Positions 11,901 to 23,964 of a DNA stretch of 64,000 bases are shown here, piece after piece. The DNA lies in the NCBI GenBank assembly GCA_008632985.1, contig QPGO01000021.1, positions 248,001 through 312,000 on the forward strand, given 5' to 3'. The stretch comes from Psammoneis japonica (Eukaryota). Each line of letters opens with the position of its first letter. Position 1 is the first letter of the stretch. Made by a program: the position numbers and the translations under genes. The notes under the pieces were generated by a model, which saw only the letters and a list, made by a program, of their open reading frames with translations, was not told the origin of the DNA and did not search any database.

Positions 11901-12481
11901 TAAAGCACTCGCTTTGATGATGAGTTTTCCCGGTTCCAGCGTGTAGTCATCACCCTCAGCCAAATCTTTCCGTCGACTTGCAAGCTGAGGAGTTTGACAC
12001 ATGTTTCATCTCCATCCAATATCATATCTCGAGAAGCAGCGTCCTCCACTACAGAGTTCTTTTCAATCGTCAACTCTGATACTACAGTCGTCTTTCCATC
12101 ATGAATATCAAAGTCCATATTGATCTTCGACACCACATGGGGTAAGGGCTTGTAGTCCTTCCTGAAGTATTCCACAGGTGCTTCTTGTTCAGTGTCAGCT
12201 GCCACGGCACTGTTGAGCGCAGTGGACGATGATGTGCTTCCTCCGCGAGTCAAAATCGCAGAAGAGGGAGCAGGACACACGCCACCGGGAGCACTGCATT
12301 TTGGTGATCCAAATACGCCTGTATTCGTAGAAGCTACAGCAGCTGCAATCAAGAAGCGCTGTTGGTTGGCATTTCGTTGAAACACATTGCGAGACGACCT
12401 CACGATTCCAAAAGCCCGTGTTCCTAACATGGACGGTGAAGTCGACAGTAGGAGCGCAAGCGCGGCAGAAGCAAGATGCAT
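8997..12481 (-). CDS. pepN: Aminopeptidase N (M1 family), multi-exon, probably plastid-targeted, with several apparent frameshifts
   Basis: [44 protein letters not shown](H)[41 protein letters not shown] and NPNR motifs. Confidence 0.92.
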
Positions 12482-13030
12482 TGTCGGCTATCTCTAAAGC
12501 TATTACGTTGCAAGTGTCGCGATCTTACAAGCAACACAAGCAGAACTGAAGGGAACGACGAGGGAAGCAGCAACAGCGACAACGTCTTCCGACTTAGTCA
12601 TCGCTCCGTGCTATCATTCCCTCGATCATTCTTTTCCCGCCACTTTTTGCGCACTCACTGACGTACGCGCGCTTCAATTTTTAGGGTTAGAGATAGTTTC
12701 TATGTGGATTAGGCGCGATTGTCGTTCATAGGTCCCGCTCCTCCTGCCTGGCCTGCCTTACATACATACTTCCTTGTGCAGCCGAGAAGAGGTGTGTTGC
12801 AGCTACTGTAGCTGTCGAAAGAACGCTCAATTCATCTCCACCGATAACACAATATCAATATTCATGGGAAAAGGTATGAAGCAATTGTATGGCGGCTGAC
12901 TAGAGACTTGCTGCCAGGACTTTGTGGGGGGCAGGGACCGTCGCGCATGACCAAACTATCCATCAAGGATTAGAATTCAAAATCAACTAAGAAAATTCGA
13001 TTAGAATTTAAGAAATCACTACTTCTGCTC

Positions 13031-15596
13031 TTACAAGTCATCCGCAGAGGGAACGTTTAGAGAGTCGAGCTCTTGGTTGCAGTTGAGAAAATATGCCGGA
13101 TCCGGAAAGCCATGGGCTCCTCCATCGGGGCGTGTTTTGTGGTGAATGGATGACCACGTCACCTGGTTTGGCTGACCGCTACTAAGGGAGGTCCCAATGG
13201 TAAACGTCAGTCCGTGTCGGAACGCAAACTTTAGCCTCTTCAATAGCTTCCATCCTTGGTCGTTATCTGGCAGATACGCAAAGCGACGTGCTGCACCGTG
13301 AAAGACGCCTGGATTGGGGTGATAGCTCTTCTGAGCGCCACTCTCAATATCGTAAATAATGATAATGCTACCCGGACCAAATCCTGTACATGTCGTGTAC
13401 GACATGGTGAAACTGTCATTGTCCCCGACGGCATCTTGCCCTCCGGCTTGCCCAACAGCTTGCGACAAATAGGACAAGCCTTGGAATGCTGGAGAGCGTG
13501 CTTGACACAAGTCTCGTGGAAGACGTGTCCACAAACCTTGATGCTCACTACTTTCTCCGAACAGCACAACGACGACAGGCAAATAGCGCACTCCTCATCA
13601 GGATCTTGTCGTTTGACCTCTTGAAAGATGTCCGTGGAACGAGAGCCGTGAAGCCTGGAAGGAGCGTCGTACCGAATCATCTCTTGGATACCAGTTCCTG
13701 AACTGGGTTGCGCTGAATGATTCTGCTGAAGAGAAGGATTACCTTGAGAAGAATGAGAATAGCCTCCAGCATGGCCTGAGCCGAACGGATGCGTTGACAC
13801 TGGCGCTCTTGCGGAACTGGGCAGTGCGCCAGTAGGAGGGATTGCGGCACCAAACGTTTGCGTCGAGCCGAAAGCGGAAGCTGTTCCTGAACGGTACCCA
13901 TGGGTGCCTGGATACGACGCGAATGCTTGTGTTGAGTGCCAGATTGCCGAAGCATTGGGCTGTGCGGCTGGCGGAACTGAAATGGCGGCACCGGAATTGG
14001 AGCCAAAGGTGCTAGCATGTTGTGATGATGCATGCGTCGTTCCAGCGGTAGATGGCCCATTTCTTCCAAGGACCACAGTGTTGTGATGTACGTTGCCTTG
14101 AGTAGTATGAGAAAAGCCACTGGCTTGACCAGCCCCGAATGCATTCGCAGAGCTAAAAGGTGCCACGGAATTGGTGTGTGTGGATGGAGGATACAACGAA
14201 GCGCCAGCGGGAGGGACCGCGGCACCAAATTGTGTAGTCGTCGAGCCGACAACGCCTGAGTTGAACCCAACAGTTCCAGCATGTGATGATGCGCCATATC
14301 TCGAGCTCATCTGAGAAGCTTGTCCAGCATTGAATGCCGAACTCGCAGCAGAAGGTGCTACGTTAGAACTCTGCGGTGCGGAAGTAGTTGGAGCCGGCGC
14401 ACGCTTAACAATCTTGGTGCTCGTTCCACCATTGAAAAACGTATCAATAAGTGTTTGTAGCTCCATTTGGTAGAGACGTACATCATCCATCCCGTAAGAC
14501 CTGACGCTTGAGTGCAGCACCGACGCCGAGTACTCAACAAGAGCCACGCATTGCGAAGAACTGGCTAGAACTGTCATTGGACGTCCTGAGGAGTCACAGA
14601 ATCACAATAACCCGGCGTTTCGTTCGTCACACCCTTGAGCCGGGCTACAATGAGCCCCATATCACCGTATATGCCTAGATAGTCGAGCGGCCCGTTCCCA
14701 GTATAAACTCCGTCTCCATATCTCGAACCGTTGTATGGACTCTGAATCTCGTTCCTCTCGCGTTCGTATTTTGTCAAGAGCCCATCAGTTTTAATACGAG
14801 ACATGTTCTCCCTTTTCGTGTAATGATAACCAATGTCAACAAAAGTGGGTTTGCCGTCAGAATGAAACTGCTTCTGGGTCCGAAGGAGAGCCTCCGCTTG
14901 AAACACCAAATCGTCTACAGCGACGACGTCAAAGTAAGGCGAGTAGTTCAGAACATTCCCCATACCCTTATGAAGCTCCAAGACATGTTCCACAAACTTC
15001 CACGCTCTTCCCCTATAGGTACTTGTCATTCTCTGTTCTTCGCTCTCTTTTTCGGCTTGGTTGATCCGGGCTTGCAACTCGATTGCAACTTTTACATCGT
15101 GCTCCTCGCGACGCTGATCGACCTGACGGCGAAAGGCATCCGCCCTAGATGTACGTTGCTGCTCATCCTTGTAGGACTTGACCTTGCTACGGAAAGCTGC
15201 AAGCTGAGCTTGGTAACGGAGTTCCTTGTCGTCTTTCTGCTCAAGCGTTTCGTCCGTATCCGTATTCTTGTGAGACGTGAGGACTTTATCGTTCTTACGA
15301 CGAGATGTCTGAGCAAACGAAGCATACTCAGCCCTGCCGTTTGAAACATCGTCTCCTACACTGATTCGAGCTTCTGTAGAACGATCCGGAAGACGAGCGA
15401 CAGGAGAGCGGATTCCTTCAGGCTCTGCTGCTTTGTTAACGGCTCGAGTGTCGTTGGTTTGAAACAGCGTTGTCGCTTTCGCTTGTCCGTCTGTCTTTGC
15501 CGCTGGTTTTCGGTTTAGATCCTCGTCTTCCTCGTCGCTACTCAACACCAGTTCAAACGACCAGAAGTCAGATGATTGTTCATTGACTGATTGCAT
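13031..15596 (-). CDS. ADP-ribosyltransferase-like domain + RING-H2 + Deltex C-terminal domain protein, copy A (frameshifts near 14580 and 13400)
   Basis: DIGYHYT...IKTDGLL...GSRYGDGVYTG; CAICLSSL...CGHVFHETC...CPIC; GKMPSGTM...HPNPG...AYLPDNDQG...LTFTIGTS...WSSIHHKT...GFPDPAY. Confidence 0.82.
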
Positions 15597-16006
15597 AATG
15601 GTCAATGCTTTCAACAACAGAAACAAAAAGGCTCGTCCTCGCTCTGCGAGAAGTGATGATTCGTGGATCGCCAAAGTTTTGTCGCGAGGAACCGAAAAAC
15701 TTGAAAATAGCGCGACGCCGTCTGCATGTCTGTCGTTTTTTGCGGGAAGGTACTCTTCAATTTTTGAGTCTGCTGTACTCTCTCTCTCTCTTACCGCTCT
15801 AGAGAGAGTAGCTAGAGCGCGCCCTTTAGTTATTCCCCATCTTTGTGCTATCCATACAATCTATCTACTCCCAGTACCATTCCCCCTAACCAATAAATAC
15901 TTCTACTTTGTACGATTTCTGCTTCTACCATATCCTGTACATGGAGTTCAAAATTCAACCCATTTGAATTATGAATTAGACTACTAACTACTTCTGCAGT
16001 TCTTCC

Positions 16007-18610
16007 TCACAAATCATCAGCTGCAGGAACGTTGAGGGAATCGAGTTCTTGATTGCAATTGAGAAAATACGATGGATCCGGAAAGCCATGGATCCCGGTA
16101 TTGGGACTCGTCTTGTGATGGATCGAGGACCACGTGATTTGGTTTGGTTTGCCAGTCGTAAGGGACGTCCCAATGGTAAACGAAAGGCCGTGCCGAAACG
16201 CAAATTTGAGCCGCTTCAAAAGCTTGCGGCCCTCGTCATTGTCGGGCAAATACGCAACGCGCTTTGCGGATCCGTGCGCAACGCCTGGGTTGGAATGGTA
16301 GCTCTTTTGAACGCCACCCTCAAAACTGTATGTAATCACAATGGTCCCAGGAGCGAATCCTGTGCACGTCGTGCGTTGGCATTGCGACACAATCATCGTC
16401 CCGGATGGCATTTTTCCTTGTGGCTTGCCGATCGGCTTGCGACAAATAGGACACTTCTTGGCATGCTTGAGAGCGTCATTGACACACGAGTAGTGAAACA
16501 CATGACCACAAGCCTTGATGCTTACGACCTTGTTGGAGCAGAGTAGCGACGAAAGACAGACTACGCAATCGTCGTCAGAATCGTGTCGCTTGATTTCTTG
16601 AAAGATATCCGTGTGGCTAGAATCCTGAAGTTTGGAGGGAGCATCATATCGAATACGTTCACATATAGAAGCTCTTGTGCTGAGACGTGCGCTGTTTCTG
16701 GTGCTTTGCCTACTCTGGGACAGACTCGGGTTTGAAGAAAAGGTACCAGCTTGAGGGTTGGCGCTGACGGAAGCCGCCCTCGGGTTCCCAGAATTCGTTA
16801 CAGGTACATTCGAAGAGGAGGGAGCGCTTGTACCTGACGAAACCTGCACCGCTCCTGTATTGGATCCAGATGCACTAGATGCCGATGGAGCGCTTGCGCC
16901 AATGGCGTCTGCTGCCGCCGTAGACGAGTTAGAAGAAACGCGTCCACCAGAACGTGCTGCCGATGCAGAGATTGAACGCGGCGCCCACTTGATACTGATG
17001 CTGCCTACTGCTACTGAATTGGATCCAGATGCAGTAGACACAGAAGACGTAGGATTGGCGTTTACAGAATTGGCGGAGGGATTGTTGCCGCCGAAGTAAT
17101 TCAGTGTAGCTCCTACGGGCATTGTGCCCATCCCAATCGATTGAACATTGAGAGTTCCCGTCGTAACACAAACATATCGACCCGGACTAGCCAGCTTGAA
17201 TTTGGCCGTTCCCCCAAACGTGTATGTCGCTGCTCCTGGACTAGGTTGAGACACAGTATTCGAAGCATTGGGTCGTCTGGACGTACGTCTTGCTGCTCCA
17301 GAATTGGATGTTGGCACATTGGTTGCAGCTGGAGCGCTTGTACCGGACGAAACCCTGGCGGCTGCTGAACTAGTAGAAGAAGCACCTCCGCCATAACGTG
17401 CTGGAGCCCGCTTGACAATCTTGGTGGTCACTCCGTTATTGAAGAACTTGTCAATAATTTTCTGAAGCTCCATGTGGTACGTATCCACGTTGCGAATCGC
17501 CGTTGCTGTGTTTCCTGATACGACCAATGAAGTTGGGTATTCAATCAAAGCGAGGCATTGGGACGACATGCCCAAAACCACCATTGGACGGTTCGATGGA
17601 GGCACCACCGTATCACAAGAACCCTTTTTTGCCTTTACAATCCCTTGAAGGCGGGCAACAATGAGCCCCACGTTGCCATAGTTGCTGTAATCAAGAGGGT
17701 TGTTTCCCGTGTAAACCCCATCCCCGTACGCTGACCCGTTGTGCTTGCTCTGAATGCCACTAGCGTCCCTTTGAGTCTTTGTCAATAGTCCGTCCGTCTT
17801 GATCCGAGCCATATTTTCCTTTCTCGTGTAGTGATAGCCAATATCGACTTGTGTAGGCTTGCCATCAATTTGAAATGCCTTTTGTGTTCCAAAAAGAGCT
17901 TCCGTTTGAAACACCAAATCGTCCACCGCCACGGCGTTGAAGCTCTCAAAACCACCATATGGATCAAGCTTGTATCGCTCTTCAAGCTCCCGTACTTCCT
18001 TCACAAACATCCATGCTTTGCCCGAATCGGTACTGGCCATTTTCTCGGCCTCCTTGTCGCGTTCCGTTTGATGCAATCGGGCCTGCAAATCCCTCGCAAC
18101 CTGTTCGTCACGTTGCTCTTGAAGTTGTCTGCTCTTGGTTTTGAGAGATACCTCTTCTTCTAGCTTTTTTTGAAGGGCATATGCAACAGCGTAGTCATTG
18201 CTTTGAATATTGTTTGGAAATCTAGTGAGTGATTGGGCCGATGATGTTGCGGTGACGTTGAACGAAGGGCTCAAAAGGTGAACCGTTGCTGCGGCGGTGT
18301 AGGGGCTTTGGACTTGTTGTATCCCATGGGCGCGATCGGACTTGAGATTATGAGGCGTATTAGGATCTCGAGAGAATAGAGCAGGAGGCGAACCTCTAGC
18401 AGCAGTGGCATCATCATCTCCCGTCAAGTCGACGAAGTTTTGGCGATTTCGAACGGACGACGGCGTTGCTGCTTTCTTCTTGTGCACGGTACGCGTCTTG
18501 ACCACCGCTTGTGGCTTGCAATTATTTTCATTGTAACAATGATTTTCCATGAGAGACCTGTCAATACGTCGCTTCTTGGTGGACGGTGGCGGCGTCTTGG
18601 TGACAACCAT
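16007..18610 (-). CDS. ADP-ribosyltransferase-like domain + RING-H2 + Deltex C-terminal domain protein, copy B (intact, 867 aa)
   Basis: Single uninterrupted ORF with the same domain order as copy A, a Ser/Ala/Thr-rich linker and two MIU-like helices (DYAVAYALQ, DEQVARDLQ). Confidence 0.88.
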   Translation of the reverse strand: MVVTKTPPPSTKKRRIDRSLMENHCYNENNCKPQAVVKTRTVHKKKAATPSSVRNRQNFVDLTGDDDATAARGSPPALFSRDPNTPHNLKSDRAHGIQQVQSPYTAAATVHLLSPSFNVTATSSAQSLTRFPNNIQSNDYAVAYALQKKLEEEVSLKTKSRQLQEQRDEQVARDLQARLHQTERDKEAEKMASTDSGKAWMFVKEVRELEERYKLDPYGGFESFNAVAVDDLVFQTEALFGTQKAFQIDGKPTQVDIGYHYTRKENMARIKTDGLLTKTQRDASGIQSKHNGSAYGDGVYTGNNPLDYSNYGNVGLIVARLQGIVKAKKGSCDTVVPPSNRPMVVLGMSSQCLALIEYPTSLVVSGNTATAIRNVDTYHMELQKIIDKFFNNGVTTKIVKRAPARYGGGASSTSSAAARVSSGTSAPAATNVPTSNSGAARRTSRRPNASNTVSQPSPGAATYTFGGTAKFKLASPGRYVCVTTGTLNVQSIGMGTMPVGATLNYFGGNNPSANSVNANPTSSVSTASGSNSVAVGSISIKWAPRSISASAARSGGRVSSNSSTAAADAIGASAPSASSASGSNTGAVQVSSGTSAPSSSNVPVTNSGNPRAASVSANPQAGTFSSNPSLSQSRQSTRNSARLSTRASICERIRYDAPSKLQDSSHTDIFQEIKRHDSDDDCVVCLSSLLCSNKVVSIKACGHVFHYSCVNDALKHAKKCPICRKPIGKPQGKMPSGTMIVSQCQRTTCTGFAPGTIVITYSFEGGVQKSYHSNPGVAHGSAKRVAYLPDNDEGRKLLKRLKFAFRHGLSFTIGTSLTTGKPNQITWSSIHHKTSPNTGIHGFPDPSYFLNCNQELDSLNVPAADDL

Positions 18611-18729
18611 GGTGATCTAACAACGGTCGTTGTGATCACGTGATCAGAGTTTTTTGTGTCAAAGGATTTGAGATTGAGAATGAGCGCGCGCCCAGTCGTT
18701 CAACGGTCAGACCAAGCAAAAATAACGAC

Positions 18730-20110
18730 GGCCGGTGCGGTTGGCAGGCACATGATGCCGCATTCCGTTCAGTTGCTGTTGCACCTTGGTGTCGTTGCAA
18801 CAACAACTTCCTGGAACATGGTTGCTGAAGCCTTTGTCTTCCTTGTCAACCCCACCCAAATCACCAGTCGTGATGAGAGTGATGACACCAGACACAACAA
18901 AAGTTTTCCACAGAGGCGTGGAGAGAAAAGGGCGGCCAAAATTTTTCAACATTGCCAACTTGGTGACTCAAAAAGAGAACAAACTTCAACAATGACAAGG
19001 CTGAAAAGAAAACACTGAGATGGAGGTGGCAAGGTTGGGTGGAATGACCAAGGGGGGGGTGTGCTCATGACCATGCATGGGGCCAAACTTGGCTGCGCCA
19101 GCTCCAAGCTCCCAAGACTCACCTGAACCCTGTGAAAGGGCGGTGGCTTCATCAGGGCAACTGCAGCAGCTGGAAAAGTGTGAAGCAGTGCATTCTCTGG
19201 TCTGGAGGTCCTCTGAGTCAATGGTTGAACCTCTTGCCTCAACAAAAGGGGAGACATGGCCCTCTCCATTCGCAGCTGCCGAGCATGCCCAGTGAGAAAA
19301 AGCTTCATGCTGCCATGCAGACAGTGTGTGTGGTGCCAACCAACAAGTGTTGGTCCAACACCTCTCCACCCACAGGGGAGCAGGCTTTGTTGCCTGAAAG
19401 AGGTGCAGCGGCGCTCTTCTGGAACACCTGCCCGGGGTTGCTCTCTCTCTTGCAACAAACCAGCGGAGAGTTTGCAGCAGCAAAAGGTGGCTGGGTGCAG
19501 CAATCATCACTTGGGCAAGAAGCTGGACAGACTGGTGGGTGGCCATGAAAGCATGCCATGGTGCAAAGCTGGCCTGCCAAGAGAGTGTGTGCGCGCAAGA
19601 GAAAAGAGTTTTTTTTTGCAGCAGTGCCCAGCCTCTGTTCCTTTCAATGGCTAGACAACTGCACTTGCCTCCAAAAAACAAGGACAGCCACACAAGAACA
19701 ACACATGGCTTGCATTTGTGGAGACAGGTGTGCCTGCTGCAATGAGAAGTTGGCGTGTGTGGCGGTCAAGAAAAACCCAGCTGGACAGATCAAACTCAAG
19801 ATGATGTGGACAAGAAAGATTTGTGATGCGTTCTTTGAGAGCTGTGGAGCCTCCTAAAAAATTGCTTGTAGATTATGTCCCAAAATTTGTCCACCCAACA
19901 GGAGTGTGTGGCCTCAAAGGCAAGAGTGCAACAAACTGCTGCCACACATCCATAAAAACGATGGGGCAGCACATTTGGCGACGGGAACGCAAACAGGATC
20001 TTTCACGATGTTCAGACGAACGCACACGGATTTTTTAAGTCGTGCGAAAAGTCACTGTCGCACGTCAGCAACCATGTCATTCACAGAAATGCGGGGAAAA
20101 TCACTAATTC
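18730..20110. mobile_element. TpA-depleted island, probable degenerate transposon fragment (family not identified)
   Basis: TA nearly absent, TG/CA rich, CpG-poor centre, overlapping Tyr-free ORFs; same signature as the 27-47 kb block. Confidence 0.5.
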
Positions 20111-20827
20111 TAGTTTTGTCAAAGACAATTCCGTCGCAAAAGTCATTCGTACTGAAGAGGATTTAAAGGTGTGGTCATTTTGATCACGTCCGCAATGACG
20201 CTAAAAGACTGTATATTGAATTGTATTTGATCATTAAAGTTGAATATATACATGAAACTTGTGATAGTGAATATCCAAATGACTGTCACAACGGTCGTTC
20301 CAAAATTTAGATTTAAGCCTTCTCAATAATGGTCATTTTAGTAGAATAATACTGAAAATCTACGTGGAATCATTTGAGTCGTGGCCTACCGTAACATTGT
20401 ACACAATGGTGGTATAAATATTTTGTATATTTTGGTATGTTGATCGTAATGACTTCCGGTCCCAGATTGACGGTACAAATTGTACGATGCACCTAAACAT
20501 TTATACGATCAAGAGTCATTTGAATGGATACTACTTAGAGACAAAGAGCCTTTTCTATGACTCCGTGGAGCGCGGCAAAATTTGAAGAGTCGCGGCACAC
20601 ACAACAAACAGCGAGATGAGGGGAAGCGAAGCCCATTCTCATTGCACACATTACCACACAACAAAGGAGGGAGAGCACACAAGTGTTGTGTTTCACCCGC
20701 CATTGCAACAAAGCAACAGAGAAAACAACGACAGAGATCAACAGCAGAGAAAAACAACTCAGGATAAGCAGCACAGGCTTCGCAGACATTCATAATAACG
20801 ATTTTGCTAAATACCGCTCGGGTCACA

Positions 20828-23247
20828 ATGATACACCAAAACATGGGACATGGTGGAATAAGAGCCTTATTTCTTCTTTATACGGGATTGGTACTATGCG
20901 GAGCCAAACGCAGCATCACGCCAACATGGCGATGTCCCACCAATAATACATGTGAAATTGACGTTTCCAATTTGGGAGACATTGATGCAGAAGAGGCACT
21001 GGCTATCAGACTGACTCACTGGTCTCCGACTCATGTCTTTACACAGCACAACACAATAGCAATGGATGAATTCGTCGTGGCTCCGCTTTCCGCAAGCGGC
21101 ACTGTACACCCCAACTGGCATGGTCAGGACGAACAGCCCAATACGAGCAATGCAACCATAAACATTGTGCAAGAAGAAAAGCACGGAGTCAAATATGTCT
21201 TTGCGTCTGTAGTAGACAGAGAGAATGTCTATCAAGTTTCTACACGATACGATGGAGTGAGTCAAGTGACTGTGATTCCATCAGATGGCTTCGCTCCAGA
21301 AGGAGAGCCACTAGGCTTGCCGGGTGGACGCATTGTAGATGACGACCGACAGTTGGAAGAGAATTACAAGAACAAAGATTTGCGACTCGGACCAGCTCAT
21401 CGGGGGCTAGCCAATGATAACGGAAGTGTGATTGACATCATGGTGGTTTGGACCAAGAGTGCAGAATGCAAGGTTGGGGCTATTCAGATTCGAATTGTCA
21501 AGTTTGGGAACGAACCAAGGATGCCATGGAAACCAAGGTGTCCTTGGCTATTCGTGAAACCAATGACGCTTTGCAAACAGTGGAGTCCACACCAAACTGA
21601 GACTCGTACACGCCTACCGCCATCCAACTTACAGAGAGTCGACCGGGAACGTCTTTAATGACGCTCTCAATCATATAACTATGCGAGGAGATGGACACAT
21701 GGACGACGTTCATGAAAAACGTGTCAAATACGGAGCTGACGTTGTTGCTCTTATGATCGATGACCGAGCTCTCTGTGGGCTCGGTTGGATGGGCCCGAAT
21801 AAGGACTTTATGTTTTCGGTTTCATCCTGGCGTTGCGCAACAGGTTACTTTAGCTTTGGTCACGAAATTGCTCACAATATGGTATGTATAGAGTGACTGG
21901 AAGAAGAAGAAGAAGACTTGACTGTTTCTAAGATGTGCTTTTTCTACTCGTTTCCTACAGGGATGTCAGCATGACGAAGGCACCACAGGAGCATGTAACA
22001 TGCCCGTCCGGTCAAACTATGCCTATGGTTACCGTGATCCCAGTGGTGGTTTCCGTTCCATCATGGCCTATGGCTGCAGGACTGGTCAATGTGACGGCGT
22101 CACGAGAACGTCGCCCTGCACAAGAGAACAGTACTTTTCAAACCCCAGTTCGAAAGTGAATGGTCGCAAGGTTGGGCATCAATATGCGGACAATGCACGT
22201 CGAATCAATGACGTTCGAAAGGTGGTTGCGTCCTACTTTCCTGTCGCCAGGGAGTGTCAGAATGACTCACAATGTAGGTCCTCCAGTGGTTGTATGGTTG
22301 CAAAATGCGGAGACCCCGAGTGGATGGGCATAAATGTTTGTAATTACTACGACGTTTGCAACGGTGAAGTTCCGCCACAAGGTTCTATAACAGAACCACC
22401 CACGCCGAGTCCAACAAAGAAACGTACACGGAGCCCAACAAAGAGCCCGACGCCGAGCCCCACACCGTATCCTACACCGAACCCAACCAAAAGGAGAACG
22501 AAGAACCCTACGCCAAGTCCAACAAAAAGCCCTACACCAAGTCCAACAAAAAGCCCTACACCAAGCCCTACGCCAAGTCCAACGAAAAAGAAAACATCCA
22601 AGCCAACGGTCAGCCCAACCATGAGTCCCACTCTGTCACCCGCACCCCAAGTGCGTGTTTGTCCAAGAGGCGAGTCGCTGCTTGAGCTCGAGCTCCTTAC
22701 AGACGACAAACCCAGAGATACTCACTGGGAACTTTACAATGAGTGCACTGGCGAGATTGTGTTGCGATCTGATGTGTACAGGTCCGCCAACAAGCTCCAC
22801 GATGAGTTTTACTGCGTTGACAGCTTCATGCAGTACACCTTCCGACTCGAGGATGACGAAGGAAATGGACTTTGCTGTCAACATGGTGCCGGTTCCTTCA
22901 AGCTTGCTTACAATGGCGAGAAAGTTGCAAGCGGCGGCTCGTTTGCATCCTTACGGGTCAAAACCTTTGGCTCAAAATGCCCAACAGAGTCTCCAACTGC
23001 CGAACCGACCGCTGAGCCAACTACGGGACCGACCGCCGAGCCTACTGCCGAACCGACTGGCGAGGAGACACCACCAGGTGTACTTTGCCAAGACGATCGT
23101 CAATGGGCGTTTGCTAGTCGTGGTGGAACTCTCTACGGTTGTGATTGGGTGGGATTTCAAAAGGAATTGTATTGTCGCAAACAAGGTATCGACAAGAGAT
23201 ACGCCTTGCAGGCGTGTCGGAAGGCATGCGGAGGGTGCCCCAGCTAG
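20828..23247 (+). CDS. Secreted reprolysin-like (M12B-type) zinc metallopeptidase with PT repeats and Cys-rich C-terminal modules; intron 21882-21960; frameshift near 21500
   Basis: [31 protein letters not shown] (HExxHxxGxxH), Met-turn FRSIMAY, FSNP, and PTPSPTK repeats. Confidence 0.85.
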
Positions 23248-23519
23248 TAGAATAGTATTCAATGTGAGTCTGCCAGGACAGACTCGCTTATCATATTATA
23301 AAATAGACCACAAGACAACGACAAACACCAGAAGTGATACGACCATGCACAGACTATGCAATTAGTAGCGCTATTATGCATACTGATAGGGATGTGTACC
23401 CCTACTTGATAGACTCCTTTGTCGGTGGTACTTGTTTGACTGCGGTTTGAACTATCGGTGGCCACATCAATCATCTGCACCATCGCGATGAGTGTTGGAA
23501 TCTAGAGAGTTGAGTGTAG

Positions 23520-23650
23520 ATAGTTCCTTTGCACCCGCCATCTCTACTACTACTCTACCTCTACTGTAGCTACTACTCTAGCTAGAGTAGAGAGGGCCAT
23601 ACTCTAGTCTACGGTACTAGAGAGTAGTAGAGTAGAGAGTAAGAGATAGG
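23520..23650. repeat. CTA/TAG/GA-rich low-complexity tract upstream of subtilisin copy 1
   Basis: ctactactactctacc...tagagagtagtagagtagagag. Confidence 0.7.
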
Positions 23651-23964
23651 ACAAAACTTGAAACTGCTGGGCGGGCTGGGTACGAACTTTAAAGCGAATC
23701 AGAAAATGACTTTAGAAATGACTATAATAGACAAAGAGGTAATAATGACCCTCAAAAACATAAGCCCCTTTTCGTTTTGCAACGTCCAAATGACTCTTCA
23801 GCATTCCAAAAAAAAACGTGTTACGTGCTACCTACTACCGAAGAAAGCATTCGTCCTTCACATATTTTATGTGTTGCAAGCTGATCGACTCAACAGAGGA
23901 CTTCGATGCCCCTTCGCTTGTGAACATCCACAAGAAATTTTCTTATCTTCAGCCGACCAACGCT

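Noticed and set aside
1396..15596. Pseudogene or programmed-frameshift calls for DHODH, AlkD-like, pepN and Deltex copy A
   Set aside because: Single-base shifts are scattered through many otherwise conserved genes, which is best explained by uncorrected assembly indels. Needs read-level confirmation.
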